From NCBI GenBank assembly GCA_015063695.1, contig SVTQ01000008.1, forward strand, positions 5,116 to 69,115: 64,000 bases of DNA, written 5' to 3'. A program made the position numbers and the translations under genes. This stretch comes from Oscillospiraceae bacterium. GTDB lineage: Bacteria > Bacillota > Clostridia > Oscillospirales > CAG-272. The notes under the pieces were generated by a model. The model saw only the letters and a program-made list of their open reading frames with translations. It did not search any database and was not told where the DNA came from. Below are positions 8,744 to 17,178 of the stretch, one piece after another (the stretch's first letter is position 1; each line of letters begins with the position of its first letter).

Positions 8744-9606
8744 TACAGCGATGTCTTCTTAACGGCGGCAAAAATACGCTTTGCAACCTCGGGATTGTTC
8801 ATCGTATAAAGATGGATACCGTCAACGGAGCTTCTGAGAAGACCGTCTATCTGTATCGCCGCATATTCAACTCCCGCATCAAGCAGAGCCTTCGGGTCGT
8901 CGGAATATTTCGCCATAATATGAGAGAGTGCGCGGGGAATGGATGCTCCGCACATGGTAACCATTCGCTCTATCTGATTTTTGTTTGTAACGGGCATAAT
9001 ACCTGCGGTCATGGGAATATTAATTCCCGCTCTCACCGCCTTCTCGCGGAAGGAATAAAAATAACTGTTGTCAAAGAAAAGCTGAGTGACGAGGAAATCC
9101 GCTCCCGCATCAACCTTCTTTTTCAGATTTTCAATATCGGTGTCAATATCGGGAGCCTCAGTGTGGCACTCGGGATAGCAGGCACCCGCAACGTCAAAGC
9201 CGCCCCTCGCCTTGATAAAAGAAGTAAGCTCAGACGCGTATCTGAAATCATCCTTGGGAGGAACGTTTGGGTTAACGTCGCCGCGGAGAGCAAGGATATT
9301 CTCAATGCCGTATTTCTTGAAATCAACGAGAATATTTTCAACCTCCGCCTCACTGCAGCTAACGCAGGTAAGGTGCGCCATAGCCTCAATGCCGTACTGA
9401 TTTTTTATAAGGGACGCGATCTGCCTTGTCTTTGTGTCCGCAAGGTTACCCCCTGCCCCGTAGGTCACGCTTATGTAGTCGGGAGAAAGGTCACGCAGCC
9501 CGTCAAGGGTCGAATATATGGAATTTATACTGCCGTCCTTTTTGGGCGGAAAAACTTCGAGTGAAAAAACGGGCCTGCCTCTTTTGAAAAGTCCTGATAT
9601 CTTCAT
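8743..9606 (-). CDS. metF: Methylenetetrahydrofolate reductase
   Basis: FSLEVFPPK, SVTYGAGG, AHLTC, ALRGD, TQLFFD, HLYTMN; start set to ATG 9606 (GAGG RBS). Confidence 0.93.
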   Translation of the reverse strand: MKISGLFKRGRPVFSLEVFPPKKDGSINSIYSTLDGLRDLSPDYISVTYGAGGNLADTKTRQIASLIKNQYGIEAMAHLTCVSCSEAEVENILVDFKKYGIENILALRGDVNPNVPPKDDFRYASELTSFIKARGGFDVAGACYPECHTEAPDIDTDIENLKKKVDAGADFLVTQLFFDNSYFYSFREKAVRAGINIPMTAGIMPVTNKNQIERMVTMCGASIPRALSHIMAKYSDDPKALLDAGVEYAAIQIDGLLRSSVDGIHLYTMNNPEVAKRIFAAVKKTSL

Positions 9607-9778
9607 AATAACCTCGCTTGCGCCAAAAACTTTATACACAGTTATTTTAGCATAATTACATTGATTTAACAACAGTTATTTTAATAGTTGCGAAAAAAAA
9701 GAAATTGTGGTATTCTAAATATCGGAAGGTGAGGGCTTGTCCCGCGAATTATCACACCGCCCCGACCAACATGTGACC

Positions 9779-9938
9779 GTAGGGGAGGATTCCATATCCT
9801 CCCGCGATATGCCCTTCGGGCGCGATATATCTTCGATGCGATATATCCCTAATGAGGATGCGATATGTTTGCTTCGTAAACGCAATAAATATCCGGCCAA
9901 CATCATCCATCCGTAGGGGAGGATTCCATATCCTCCCG
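9779..9938 (+). repeat. Composite repeat: two GTAG REPs (9779-9804, 9913-9938) enclosing GCGATAT-based hairpin units
   Basis: REPs identical to the 1981 copy; four GCGATAT units; the last unit recurs inverted at about 21537-21565. Confidence 0.75.
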
Positions 9939-9967
9939 CCTTTAACAATCACCTCACGGAGAACCTT

Positions 9968-11527
9968 ATGAAATACTGTGTTTTGCCGTCCTATATATGG
10001 ACTTATCCCGATATACATTACTATCCCGAAGGCAAAGAAGCAGCACGGCTTCTCGCCCTCAGAGGGGGATACGCCGCCTTTCAGCTCCACGTGTGGGATG
10101 CCGAAGGTGAACTACTCACTGCAGTTTGCGAAGGCTTTGAGGGCGAAAGATACGCCGTAATTCCCATTCCCGTTGAAAGCTGTCCCGGAATTGAAGAACC
10201 GACGGAGCATTTCCCCGAAAGAAAAGCACCCTTCAAGGTCGGCGACTGCCTTATGCCCATAGAAGAAAAAGCCTCCCTTTCAAAAGGAAGCGCAACTCTT
10301 TATTTTGCTGTCCCCGTGCCCCTTGATGCAAAGGGCAATACCGAAGGCAGGATCATAATCTCAGACGGTAAAGAAACGGCAGAAGTGCCCGTCACCATTG
10401 AAGCTTCAAGCGCAAAGATCCCCGAAGAAAAACTGAATATCGCCATGGGCTGCGACTTTGTCAGCATGGCGGAATACCATAAAATAACCACAAGAGAAGA
10501 CTTCGAAAAAACACAGACACAGTACATGTCCCTTCTCCGCCGTCAGCATCAGACCCATATATACATGCACGGACCGAGACCTATGTTCAAAAACGGCAAA
10601 TGGGAGTTCAACCACGAATTTTTCAACAAATTTGCAAAAAAAGCCCTGGATATGGGCTTTAAGAAGATATTCCTTCACGGAGTGGGCTTCAGACGGGCAT
10701 GGGACGCACCCGATATCATGTGCGGAAAGATCGATCTTCTCTCCGAGGAAGGCTATAAATATCTGAGAGAATACCTCACCGCCCTTCGCGAAAACCTGAG
10801 GGAGCAGGGCTGGCTTGACAAAGATATTTTCCATCTCGGCCTCTGCGACGAGCCAAACGATATCAATGCGCTGAACTACCGCGCCCTTGCAGGCATGGTC
10901 AGAAAGCTTATCCCCGAAATAAAGCTCTACGATGCCACAAGCGGCGCCCCCATCTACGGCACCCTTGATATTTATATCCCGCGCGCGGATGAATACGAAA
11001 AGCACCGCGATATCTTCGATTACTATAAAAGCATCGGCGACGAGGTGTGGCACTACGTCTGCCTCTACCCCCGTGAAAAGGGCTATATTAACCGCTTTAT
11101 GGATATTCCTCTTCTTGCCACAAGGTACCTCTTCTGGGGAAACTACCGCTACGGTCTCACGGGATACGTCCACTGGACAGTCAACTGCTACCAGAGCGGA
11201 TGCGATCCTTTTAAGGAGAGCTGTCCACGCCACGTCAACGCAGGAAGCAAGAGCATCCTTCCCCCGGGCGACGATAAGCTTATCTACCCCGGCACCGACG
11301 GAGGCGGCTGGATGTCCCTTCGCCTTGAAAACCACCGCGAGAGTGCCGAGGAATACGCAATGCTAAGGGCAGTGAAAGAATACGATATAGCACTTGCAGA
11401 CGAGATATGTGAAAGTGTGTTCCACAGCTTCAACAGCGTGGAATGGAGCGCGGAAAAATTTGAAAATGCCCGCCGCAGTCTCATAAAAGCATATGAAAAA
11501 GCAACGGCATCAGATCCCGTGCTCTGA
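9968..11527 (+). CDS. DUF4091-domain protein, probable GH123-like glycoside hydrolase
   Basis: LCDEP acidic pair, VWHYVC, GYVHW, PPGDDKLIYPG, SLRLE motifs; no signal peptide. Confidence 0.65.
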   Translation: MKYCVLPSYIWTYPDIHYYPEGKEAARLLALRGGYAAFQLHVWDAEGELLTAVCEGFEGERYAVIPIPVESCPGIEEPTEHFPERKAPFKVGDCLMPIEEKASLSKGSATLYFAVPVPLDAKGNTEGRIIISDGKETAEVPVTIEASSAKIPEEKLNIAMGCDFVSMAEYHKITTREDFEKTQTQYMSLLRRQHQTHIYMHGPRPMFKNGKWEFNHEFFNKFAKKALDMGFKKIFLHGVGFRRAWDAPDIMCGKIDLLSEEGYKYLREYLTALRENLREQGWLDKDIFHLGLCDEPNDINALNYRALAGMVRKLIPEIKLYDATSGAPIYGTLDIYIPRADEYEKHRDIFDYYKSIGDEVWHYVCLYPREKGYINRFMDIPLLATRYLFWGNYRYGLTGYVHWTVNCYQSGCDPFKESCPRHVNAGSKSILPPGDDKLIYPGTDGGGWMSLRLENHRESAEEYAMLRAVKEYDIALADEICESVFHSFNSVEWSAEKFENARRSLIKAYEKATASDPVL

Positions 11528-11610
11528 TGAAGATGTTAATATCAACTCTTGATATTGTCAAAAAATCCGTTATAAATAATGAAAAATCAATACGTGAGGT
11601 AAATGAACAA

Positions 11611-12981
11611 ATGAAATACGACGTAATAATCATTGGAGCAGGCCCCGGAGGTATCTTCGCAGCTTACGAGCTTGTGCAAAAAGCTCCCGAGCTCAAAATT
11701 GCCGTTTTTGAAGCAGGACATGCCCTTAATAAGCGCAAATGCCCCATTGACGGAGATAAGATCAAAAGCTGTATAAGCTGTAAAAGCTGCAGTATCATGA
11801 GCGGTTTCGGAGGAGCAGGTGCATTCTCCGACGGGAAATACAATATCACCAACGATTTCGGCGGCACTCTCTACGAATATATCGGTAAGAAAAAAGCTCT
11901 TGAGCTTATGAGATACGTTGACGAGATCAACCTGAAATACGGCGGCGAAGGAACAAAGCTCTACACCACCGAAGGAACGCCCTTCAAAACAAAGTGTATC
12001 CAGAACGACCTTCATCTGCTTGAAGCATCAGTCCGCCACCTGGGAACAGACATCAACTACGTCGTTCTTGAAAACGTGTACGACTATCTAAAGGATAAAG
12101 TAAAGTTTTACTTTGATACCGCAGTCCTTTCCGTGCTCGACGAAAACGGAACGTATAAGATAATCTGCAAGGACGACACCTACGAATGCGATTACTGTAT
12201 TATTTCCGTGGGCCGAAGCGGAAGCAAATGGATGGAAACGGTCTGCAGAGATCTGAATATCACCACAAAATCCAACCGAGTTGATATCGGCGTGCGCGTT
12301 GAGCTTCCCGCGGCAGTTTTTGCTCATATCACCGACGAGCTTTACGAAAGTAAAATAGTTTACCGCACGGAAAAATACGGAGACAAGGTGCGTACCTTCT
12401 GTATGAATCCCAAGGGCGCAGTGGTAAGTGAAAATACAAACGGCATCATCACCGTTAACGGCCACAGCTACGAGGACCCCGCAAAGCAGACGAATAACAC
12501 AAACTTTGCCCTGCTGGTTGCAAAGCATTTCTCCGAGCCCTTCAAGGACTCCAACGGCTACGGCGAATCCATCGCCCGTCTCAGCAACATGCTTGGCGGC
12601 GGAGTTATCGTTCAGCGCTTCGGAGACCTTATCCGCGGCCGACGTTCAACCCAGAGCCGTATTGATGAAGCCTTCATCACCCCCACCCTGAGCGCAACTC
12701 CCGGAGACCTCAGCCTTGTTCTTCCCAAACGCCTCCTTGACGGTATCATAGAAATGATCTACGCCCTCGATAAGGTCGCCCCCGGTACGGCAAACGAAGA
12801 TACACTGCTTTACGGCGTTGAAGTCAAGTTCTACAACATGGAAGTTGAAGTTGACGAGCACCTTGAATCCAACCATAAGGGTCTCTATATCATCGGAGAC
12901 GGAAGCGGAATCACCCATTCCCTCTCCCATGCCTCCGCAAGCGGCGTCCACGTTGCACGAAACATCGCGAACAAATCATGA
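11611..12981 (+). CDS. NAD(P)/FAD-dependent oxidoreductase
   Basis: IIGAGPGG, GFGGAGAFSDGK, RTFCMNP, IGDGSG; start set to ATG 11611 (GAGG RBS). Confidence 0.85.
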   Translation: MKYDVIIIGAGPGGIFAAYELVQKAPELKIAVFEAGHALNKRKCPIDGDKIKSCISCKSCSIMSGFGGAGAFSDGKYNITNDFGGTLYEYIGKKKALELMRYVDEINLKYGGEGTKLYTTEGTPFKTKCIQNDLHLLEASVRHLGTDINYVVLENVYDYLKDKVKFYFDTAVLSVLDENGTYKIICKDDTYECDYCIISVGRSGSKWMETVCRDLNITTKSNRVDIGVRVELPAAVFAHITDELYESKIVYRTEKYGDKVRTFCMNPKGAVVSENTNGIITVNGHSYEDPAKQTNNTNFALLVAKHFSEPFKDSNGYGESIARLSNMLGGGVIVQRFGDLIRGRRSTQSRIDEAFITPTLSATPGDLSLVLPKRLLDGIIEMIYALDKVAPGTANEDTLLYGVEVKFYNMEVEVDEHLESNHKGLYIIGDGSGITHSLSHASASGVHVARNIANKS

Positions 12982-13015
12982 CCCTCGGCCGTGCCGATGA
13001 TTTTCGGAATACAAC

Positions 13016-13058
13016 AAAAAGGGATGTAAAAAACTCGTCGTTTTTTACATCCCTTTTT
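13016..13058. terminator. 19-bp perfect hairpin, probable bidirectional terminator
   Basis: AAAAAGGGATGTAAAAAAC-TCGTC-GTTTTTTACATCCCTTTTT between convergent genes. Confidence 0.7.
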
Positions 13059-13099
13059 CAGCACCAATAGGTGATATATATTTTTGGTATGGCGGCGGA

Positions 13100-13217
13100 G
13101 AACGATCTGCTTTGCAATTATCGTTTCTTTCTTTTCTTTGATGAGGTACTTATGAAGCTTTACGATTCGAGCGGCGAAAAGGAGGGATTTGTCGATTAAC
13201 GGATTTTCTTTTTTCAT
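13100..13217 (-). pseudogene. 3'-truncated four-helix-bundle protein gene
   Basis: First ~39 codons (MKKENPLIDKSLLFAARIVKLHKYL..QIV) nearly match 15766..16122, then homology stops at 13100. Confidence 0.85.
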
Positions 13218-13235
13218 AACTTTCACCTCATTTTT

Positions 13236-13359
13236 AAAGAATAAAGAAAAAAGAATAAAGAATAGAGAATAAATATGAAGCGGCGAAGCCGCCCTATTTT
13301 TATTTCTTATTTATTCTCTATTCTTTCTTCTTTTAGGCGAGCTTGCCTCGCCGCTTCTC
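13236..13359 (-). repeat. Heptamer-repeat leader (5x AAAGAAT-like plus inverted array)
   Basis: AAAGAAT AAAGAAA AAAGAAT AAAGAAT AGAGAAT at 13236-13270; near-identical to 16141-16264. Confidence 0.85.
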
Positions 13360-13403
13360 TGGCGCGCCCGGCGGGAATCGAACCCACAACTAACCCTTAG
13401 GAG
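13360..13403 (-). repeat. tRNA-Arg(CCT) 3'-half fragment (att-like site)
   Basis: Matches 16265-16308 from the anticodon loop to CCA, with 3 differences in the acceptor strand. Confidence 0.85.
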
Positions 13404-13612
13404 ATACTGAGGAAAACGGCTTTCGTGTTCCTCATAATACCTAAAAATCCCCTGCTGTCAGGGGATTTTTAAGGTTAATATGTTATCTTGTGTTACACCG
13501 TTACCGCTGGTTTTATGCTGTTTTACATTGTCCGATTAGCAATCTATTAGCAAGACTCGTGAATTTAGGGTGGTGGTAATGAGCGTATTGTATTTCATCA
13601 TATGTTATAAAA

Positions 13613-15418
13613 TCACTCTTTAACTATAATCATCCTACCCATAATTAAATGATTAGACTTATCGAATATGTTCTCTTTTTCCAAAGTTTTAAAATCCACT
13701 TTTTTGTTAACTTCGGTAATAGGAATATCTTTTCTTATAACATAATACTTCGGGATATATATTTCGGGACATTTGCTTCTTATTAACGCGTCCAATTCAT
13801 TGATAAGCTCTTCGTTTATATCATTTTCAGGTACAATATGAGCAACAGGGACTTCTCTTTCTTCCGTGTCATCATATTTAACACAACAACAATCGTTAAT
13901 TAAAGAATGAGATTTTATAGTGTCCTCGATAGTTCCGAGCCACACTTTACCACCACTTCGTGTAAGCATTCGTTTTGCTCGACCGCAATGATAAACTCTG
14001 CCTTCTTTATCCATATAACACAAATCGTCGGTATGTAACCACACCTTACCATCTTTATGTATACGAAGCATTTTCTTCGTTTCGTCAGGATTCTTGATAT
14101 ACCCCTTCATCACGGTAGGACCAGAGATGCAGAGTTCGCCAATTTCACCATACTTCTTTTCTTCTAACTTTTCAGGGTCAAATTCATCATATGGCATATA
14201 ATCAAAGACACCTATTTCAGCATACTTCAAAGGGATGCCTATACTACCTTTCTTGAGTGCAGGTTTTATAGAGTATATTACACCGGCCATACTTTCTGTA
14301 AGACCATATCCCTGCTTAATCCAAGTATCACAATTTTTAGATTTTGAAAACTCGTGATAAGCAATTTCCTCTTCTTCGTGCAACTTATCTCCACCCGAAA
14401 TAGGATCTGTTGCAAAACAAAGGTCATCTATTCCGGATTCACGAATACTTTTAAACAAAATTGGTCCTGCCATAAACACATTGGGACGATGTTCTTTAAT
14501 CAAAGAAGGATATTCTTCAATTGAGAATTTGGAAATCAAATTAACCGATACGCCACAGCACATGAGATTATAAGTAGCGTTAAAGTAATATGAAACAGCA
14601 GGCGGAAGAATACTCATAGATGTCTTGGGCGCATAAAACTCCATTTCGCTATTCATAAAAGAACATGCGCTCGCAATAATGCTATCGTTAGTTGTTTCAA
14701 CGCCTTTTGCGCCGCCAGTCGTTCCACCGGTATACATAATAACGCTTACATTTTGTCCGCCGTTATTAATTGTTTGGTAATCTGTGCCCTTGTAAAGTTT
14801 TTTCCACTTGTTATATTTTAAAAACTGCGGGGAAAGCTTTATTGAATTTCCAGACTGACCAACAATGCTTTTAAAGTTTTCTATAAACAGTTTAATTACT
14901 GCCATCTTGCTCATTGATACAGTTACTGGAACCGTAATAACTTTATTTATCGTTTTAGAAAGCCCCAAATCCATAGCTCCAACAACATTTTGAAGAATGA
15001 ATGAGATGTCAGATACAAATAGGTATTTTGACTCTGTTAACTCACACATAAATTTAATTCTTTCAGGACTCTCGTCAAATTTAATAAGATTTGTCGTAGC
15101 CCCCATCTTACAAAGCGCAAACCAAAAGAATATTGCTTCAGGAACATTAAGGAATACAAAGGAAACCGTATCTCCTTCTTTAATACCCATAGCCGTCAAA
15201 CGAGCAATAGTTTTCTCAACTTCTGTTTTTATGTCATTTGTTGTGTATTTGTTTCCGTAGTATTCCAACAAGGGGTGATTATAGTCTTTTGTAATCTCCA
15301 GAAAAAAGTCATAGCAGTTCTTTCCAAACGGGATTTCGGGCAAAGAGGAATCTTTGTACCATTTCATCCAAGGTTTGTCAATAGAGGCATAACCTGTAAG
15401 TTTTTGTTCTGTGTTCAT
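13613..15418 (-). CDS. AMP-dependent acyl-CoA synthetase/ligase (ANL superfamily)
   Basis: YTGGTTGGAKG P-loop, QGYGLTES, GELCISGPTVMKGY, WLHTDD; start set to ATG 15418 (AAGGAG RBS). Confidence 0.88.
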   Translation of the reverse strand: MNTEQKLTGYASIDKPWMKWYKDSSLPEIPFGKNCYDFFLEITKDYNHPLLEYYGNKYTTNDIKTEVEKTIARLTAMGIKEGDTVSFVFLNVPEAIFFWFALCKMGATTNLIKFDESPERIKFMCELTESKYLFVSDISFILQNVVGAMDLGLSKTINKVITVPVTVSMSKMAVIKLFIENFKSIVGQSGNSIKLSPQFLKYNKWKKLYKGTDYQTINNGGQNVSVIMYTGGTTGGAKGVETTNDSIIASACSFMNSEMEFYAPKTSMSILPPAVSYYFNATYNLMCCGVSVNLISKFSIEEYPSLIKEHRPNVFMAGPILFKSIRESGIDDLCFATDPISGGDKLHEEEEIAYHEFSKSKNCDTWIKQGYGLTESMAGVIYSIKPALKKGSIGIPLKYAEIGVFDYMPYDEFDPEKLEEKKYGEIGELCISGPTVMKGYIKNPDETKKMLRIHKDGKVWLHTDDLCYMDKEGRVYHCGRAKRMLTRSGGKVWLGTIEDTIKSHSLINDCCCVKYDDTEEREVPVAHIVPENDINEELINELDALIRSKCPEIYIPKYYVIRKDIPITEVNKKVDFKTLEKENIFDKSNHLIMGRMIIVKE

Positions 15419-15433
15419 TTTTATACTCTCCTT

Positions 15434-15660
15434 AAAAATAAAAAGTGCGGCTACCGAAGTAACCGCACAAAAACGCAAACTCCGATAGTCGCCAAACTAA
15501 CTCAATATGAAATGGGCGTAAAAGCACACATATATATTGTTGGAATCTGCATTTTATCAAATTCATTACAATATATATGTATGACAAAAAAGAGCATAAT
15601 ATCCTATAAAAAAGAAAAATACACCCAATTATACACATATTAAGTTAGTTTGGCACTATC
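15434..15660 (-). promoter_or_regulatory. Structured 5' leader ending in an intrinsic terminator (candidate attenuator)
   Basis: Stems 15636-15660/15484-15509 and 15568-15580/15528-15540; terminator GTGCGGTTAC-TTCG-GTAGCCGCAC plus T-tract just before the RBS. Confidence 0.6.
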
Positions 15661-15765
15661 AGTTTACCACAAATTGCAACAAAATACAATAAAAAAAGAA
15701 AAAACTCACCACAAAAGGTAAAAAAATAGAAAGAACCGAAAACATTACGCTTTCGGCACTTTACG

Positions 15766-16122
15766 TTACTTATTTTCTTTAGATGTATTGAGTGTTGAAA
15801 CAAGAATCTTTTTGATTTCAAGACAATCTTTAAGAAGGGAGTCGCCTTCTTTTTTCGTTATATATTCCGATAAAACAAGAAGGCGGAGCCAATACTCCGT
15901 TTCGGCAGTTTCTTTAAGAGATATTTGAAGTTTGGCAATAAAATCCGGCTTACTTATACCGTATATCGCTTCGTTGGCATTTGCGCCGATCGATGTAGCA
16001 CTGCGAACGATCTGCTTCGCAATTATCGTTTCTTTCTTATCTTTGGTTAGGTACTTGTGGAGCTTTACGATTCGAGCGGCGAAAAGGAGGGATTTGTCGA
16101 TTAACGGATTTTCTTTTTTCAT
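15766..16122 (-). CDS. Four-helix-bundle protein (TIGR02436 / 23S-IVP / Avd-like fold)
   Basis: KQIVRSATSIGANANEA..S..DFIAKLQISLKETAETEYWLRLL signature; ATG 16122 after AAGGTG. Confidence 0.92.
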   Translation of the reverse strand: MKKENPLIDKSLLFAARIVKLHKYLTKDKKETIIAKQIVRSATSIGANANEAIYGISKPDFIAKLQISLKETAETEYWLRLLVLSEYITKKEGDSLLKDCLEIKKILVSTLNTSKENK

Positions 16123-16140
16123 AACTTTCACCTTATTTTT

Positions 16141-16264
16141 AAAGAATAAAGAAAAAAGAATAAAGAATAATGAATAAATATGAAGCGGCGAAGCCGCCCT
16201 ATTTTTATTTCTTATTTATTCTCTATTCTTTCTTCTTTTAGGCGAGCTTGCCTCGCCGCTTCTC
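16141..16264 (-). repeat. Heptamer-repeat leader between tRNA-Arg and the four-helix-bundle gene
   Basis: Five heptamers at 16141-16175, inverted array at 16201-16239, GAAGCGGCGA/TCGCCGCTTC pair at 16182-16191 and 16253-16262. Confidence 0.85.
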
Positions 16265-16339
16265 TGGCACCCCCAGCGGGAATCGAACCCACAACTAACC
16301 CTTAGGAGGGGTTTGTTATATCCATTTAACTATGGGGGC
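16265..16339 (-). tRNA. tRNA-Arg (anticodon CCT)
   Basis: GCCCCCA acceptor stem, anticodon loop CT-CCT-AA, GGTTCGATTCC T-arm, encoded CCA. Confidence 0.95.
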
Positions 16340-16379
16340 GTATTCACCTCCGCATTTCTGCGAAGGATTCTTTGCATCT

Positions 16380-16406
16380 GTAGGGGACGACGTCCTCGAC
16401 GTCCCG
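16380..16406 (+). repeat. GTAG-type REP variant
   Basis: GTAGGGGACGACGTCCTCGACGTCCCG. Confidence 0.7.
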
Positions 16407-16423
16407 TTTACTTAAGATTTTCC

Positions 16424-16807
16424 TCAGTCAAGCTTCGCGTAAGTCTTCTTAACAAAGGACTCGCACTTTATCACAAATCTCTCGTGCTCACCCTCGCCGA
16501 TAAGACCCTTTTCGTCGAAAGCCTTAACGGAAAAAACGAGACGTCTGCCGTCAACCTCTTCGAGAGTACACTCAGCAGTGATATTCATTCCCACGGGAGT
16601 TGCCGCAAGGTGTTTAACGTTTACAAAAGTACCAACGGTGGAAAGGCCTTCCTCAAGGTGAGGCTGAACACATGTGTAGCAGGTCTTTTCCATAAGAGCT
16701 ATCATTGAAGGAGTGGAAAAAACGCGGAGAGTTCCGCTTCCCATTGCGGCGGCAGTGTTGGTTTCATCTGCCATAACGGTTTCTGTGTGTCTGAGTCCCT
16801 TTTCCAT
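16424..16807 (-). CDS. Hotdog-fold thioesterase (FlK-like)
   Basis: GSGTLRVFSTPSMIALME, TVGTFVNVKHLAATPVG, GEGEHERF; start set to ATG 16807 (GGAGG). Confidence 0.85.
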   Translation of the reverse strand: MEKGLRHTETVMADETNTAAAMGSGTLRVFSTPSMIALMEKTCYTCVQPHLEEGLSTVGTFVNVKHLAATPVGMNITAECTLEEVDGRRLVFSVKAFDEKGLIGEGEHERFVIKCESFVKKTYAKLD

Positions 16808-16897
16808 ATATAACCTCCGGCAAAGAACCCCAAAACAGCGAAAAATGTTTGACTTTAGCATGTGATGAAGGCACCGTTTTCTGTTGGCTCTTGGCTA

Positions 16898-16945
16898 CTC
16901 CTCATCCACCGCTAAAGCGATCCCCCTTCTCCCTCAGGAGAAGGC
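16898..16945 (-). repeat. Double-hairpin intergenic repeat (CCTTCTCCTGAGGGAGAAGGGGGA...GGTGGATGAGGAG family)
   Basis: Reverse complement matches 43446-43534 and 62474-62572. Confidence 0.7.
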
Positions 16946-17107
16946 AGACTTCGGGGGCTCCGCAAATTTTCAAAAATACATTAAAAGTATATCACACCTG
17001 CAGAAGCTTTTCAAGTATATTTTTCCAAAATCCTAAAATGAATATGACCCTTCCCTTTTTTCGAGCTTTTGTGAGCAAAACTTTGGAAGATAATAACAAA
17101 AATCCTG

Positions 17108-17136
17108 TTGACTTGATATTTGAAAGGTACTATAAT
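17108..17136 (+). promoter_or_regulatory. Sigma-A promoter of htpG-birA-pgm
   Basis: TTGACT-17bp-TATAAT. Confidence 0.75.
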
Positions 17137-17178
17137 ATATAGTGAGATATAATATATAATTCCACGGAGGCGATATAA

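Larger units (their letters stand above)
13404..16264. mobile_element. Decayed low-GC genomic islet integrated at tRNA-Arg(CCT); no integrase present
   Basis: Bounded by the intact tRNA and its 3' fragment; visibly AT-rich; TTAGCAA direct repeats near 13536-13553 resemble integrase arm sites. Confidence 0.65.

Noticed and set aside
13360-13403. A second functional tRNA-Arg
   Set aside because: Only the 3' half is present; no D-arm or 5' acceptor strand.
15766-16122. 23S rRNA intervening-sequence element
   Set aside because: No rRNA sequence in the window; the family name is historical.
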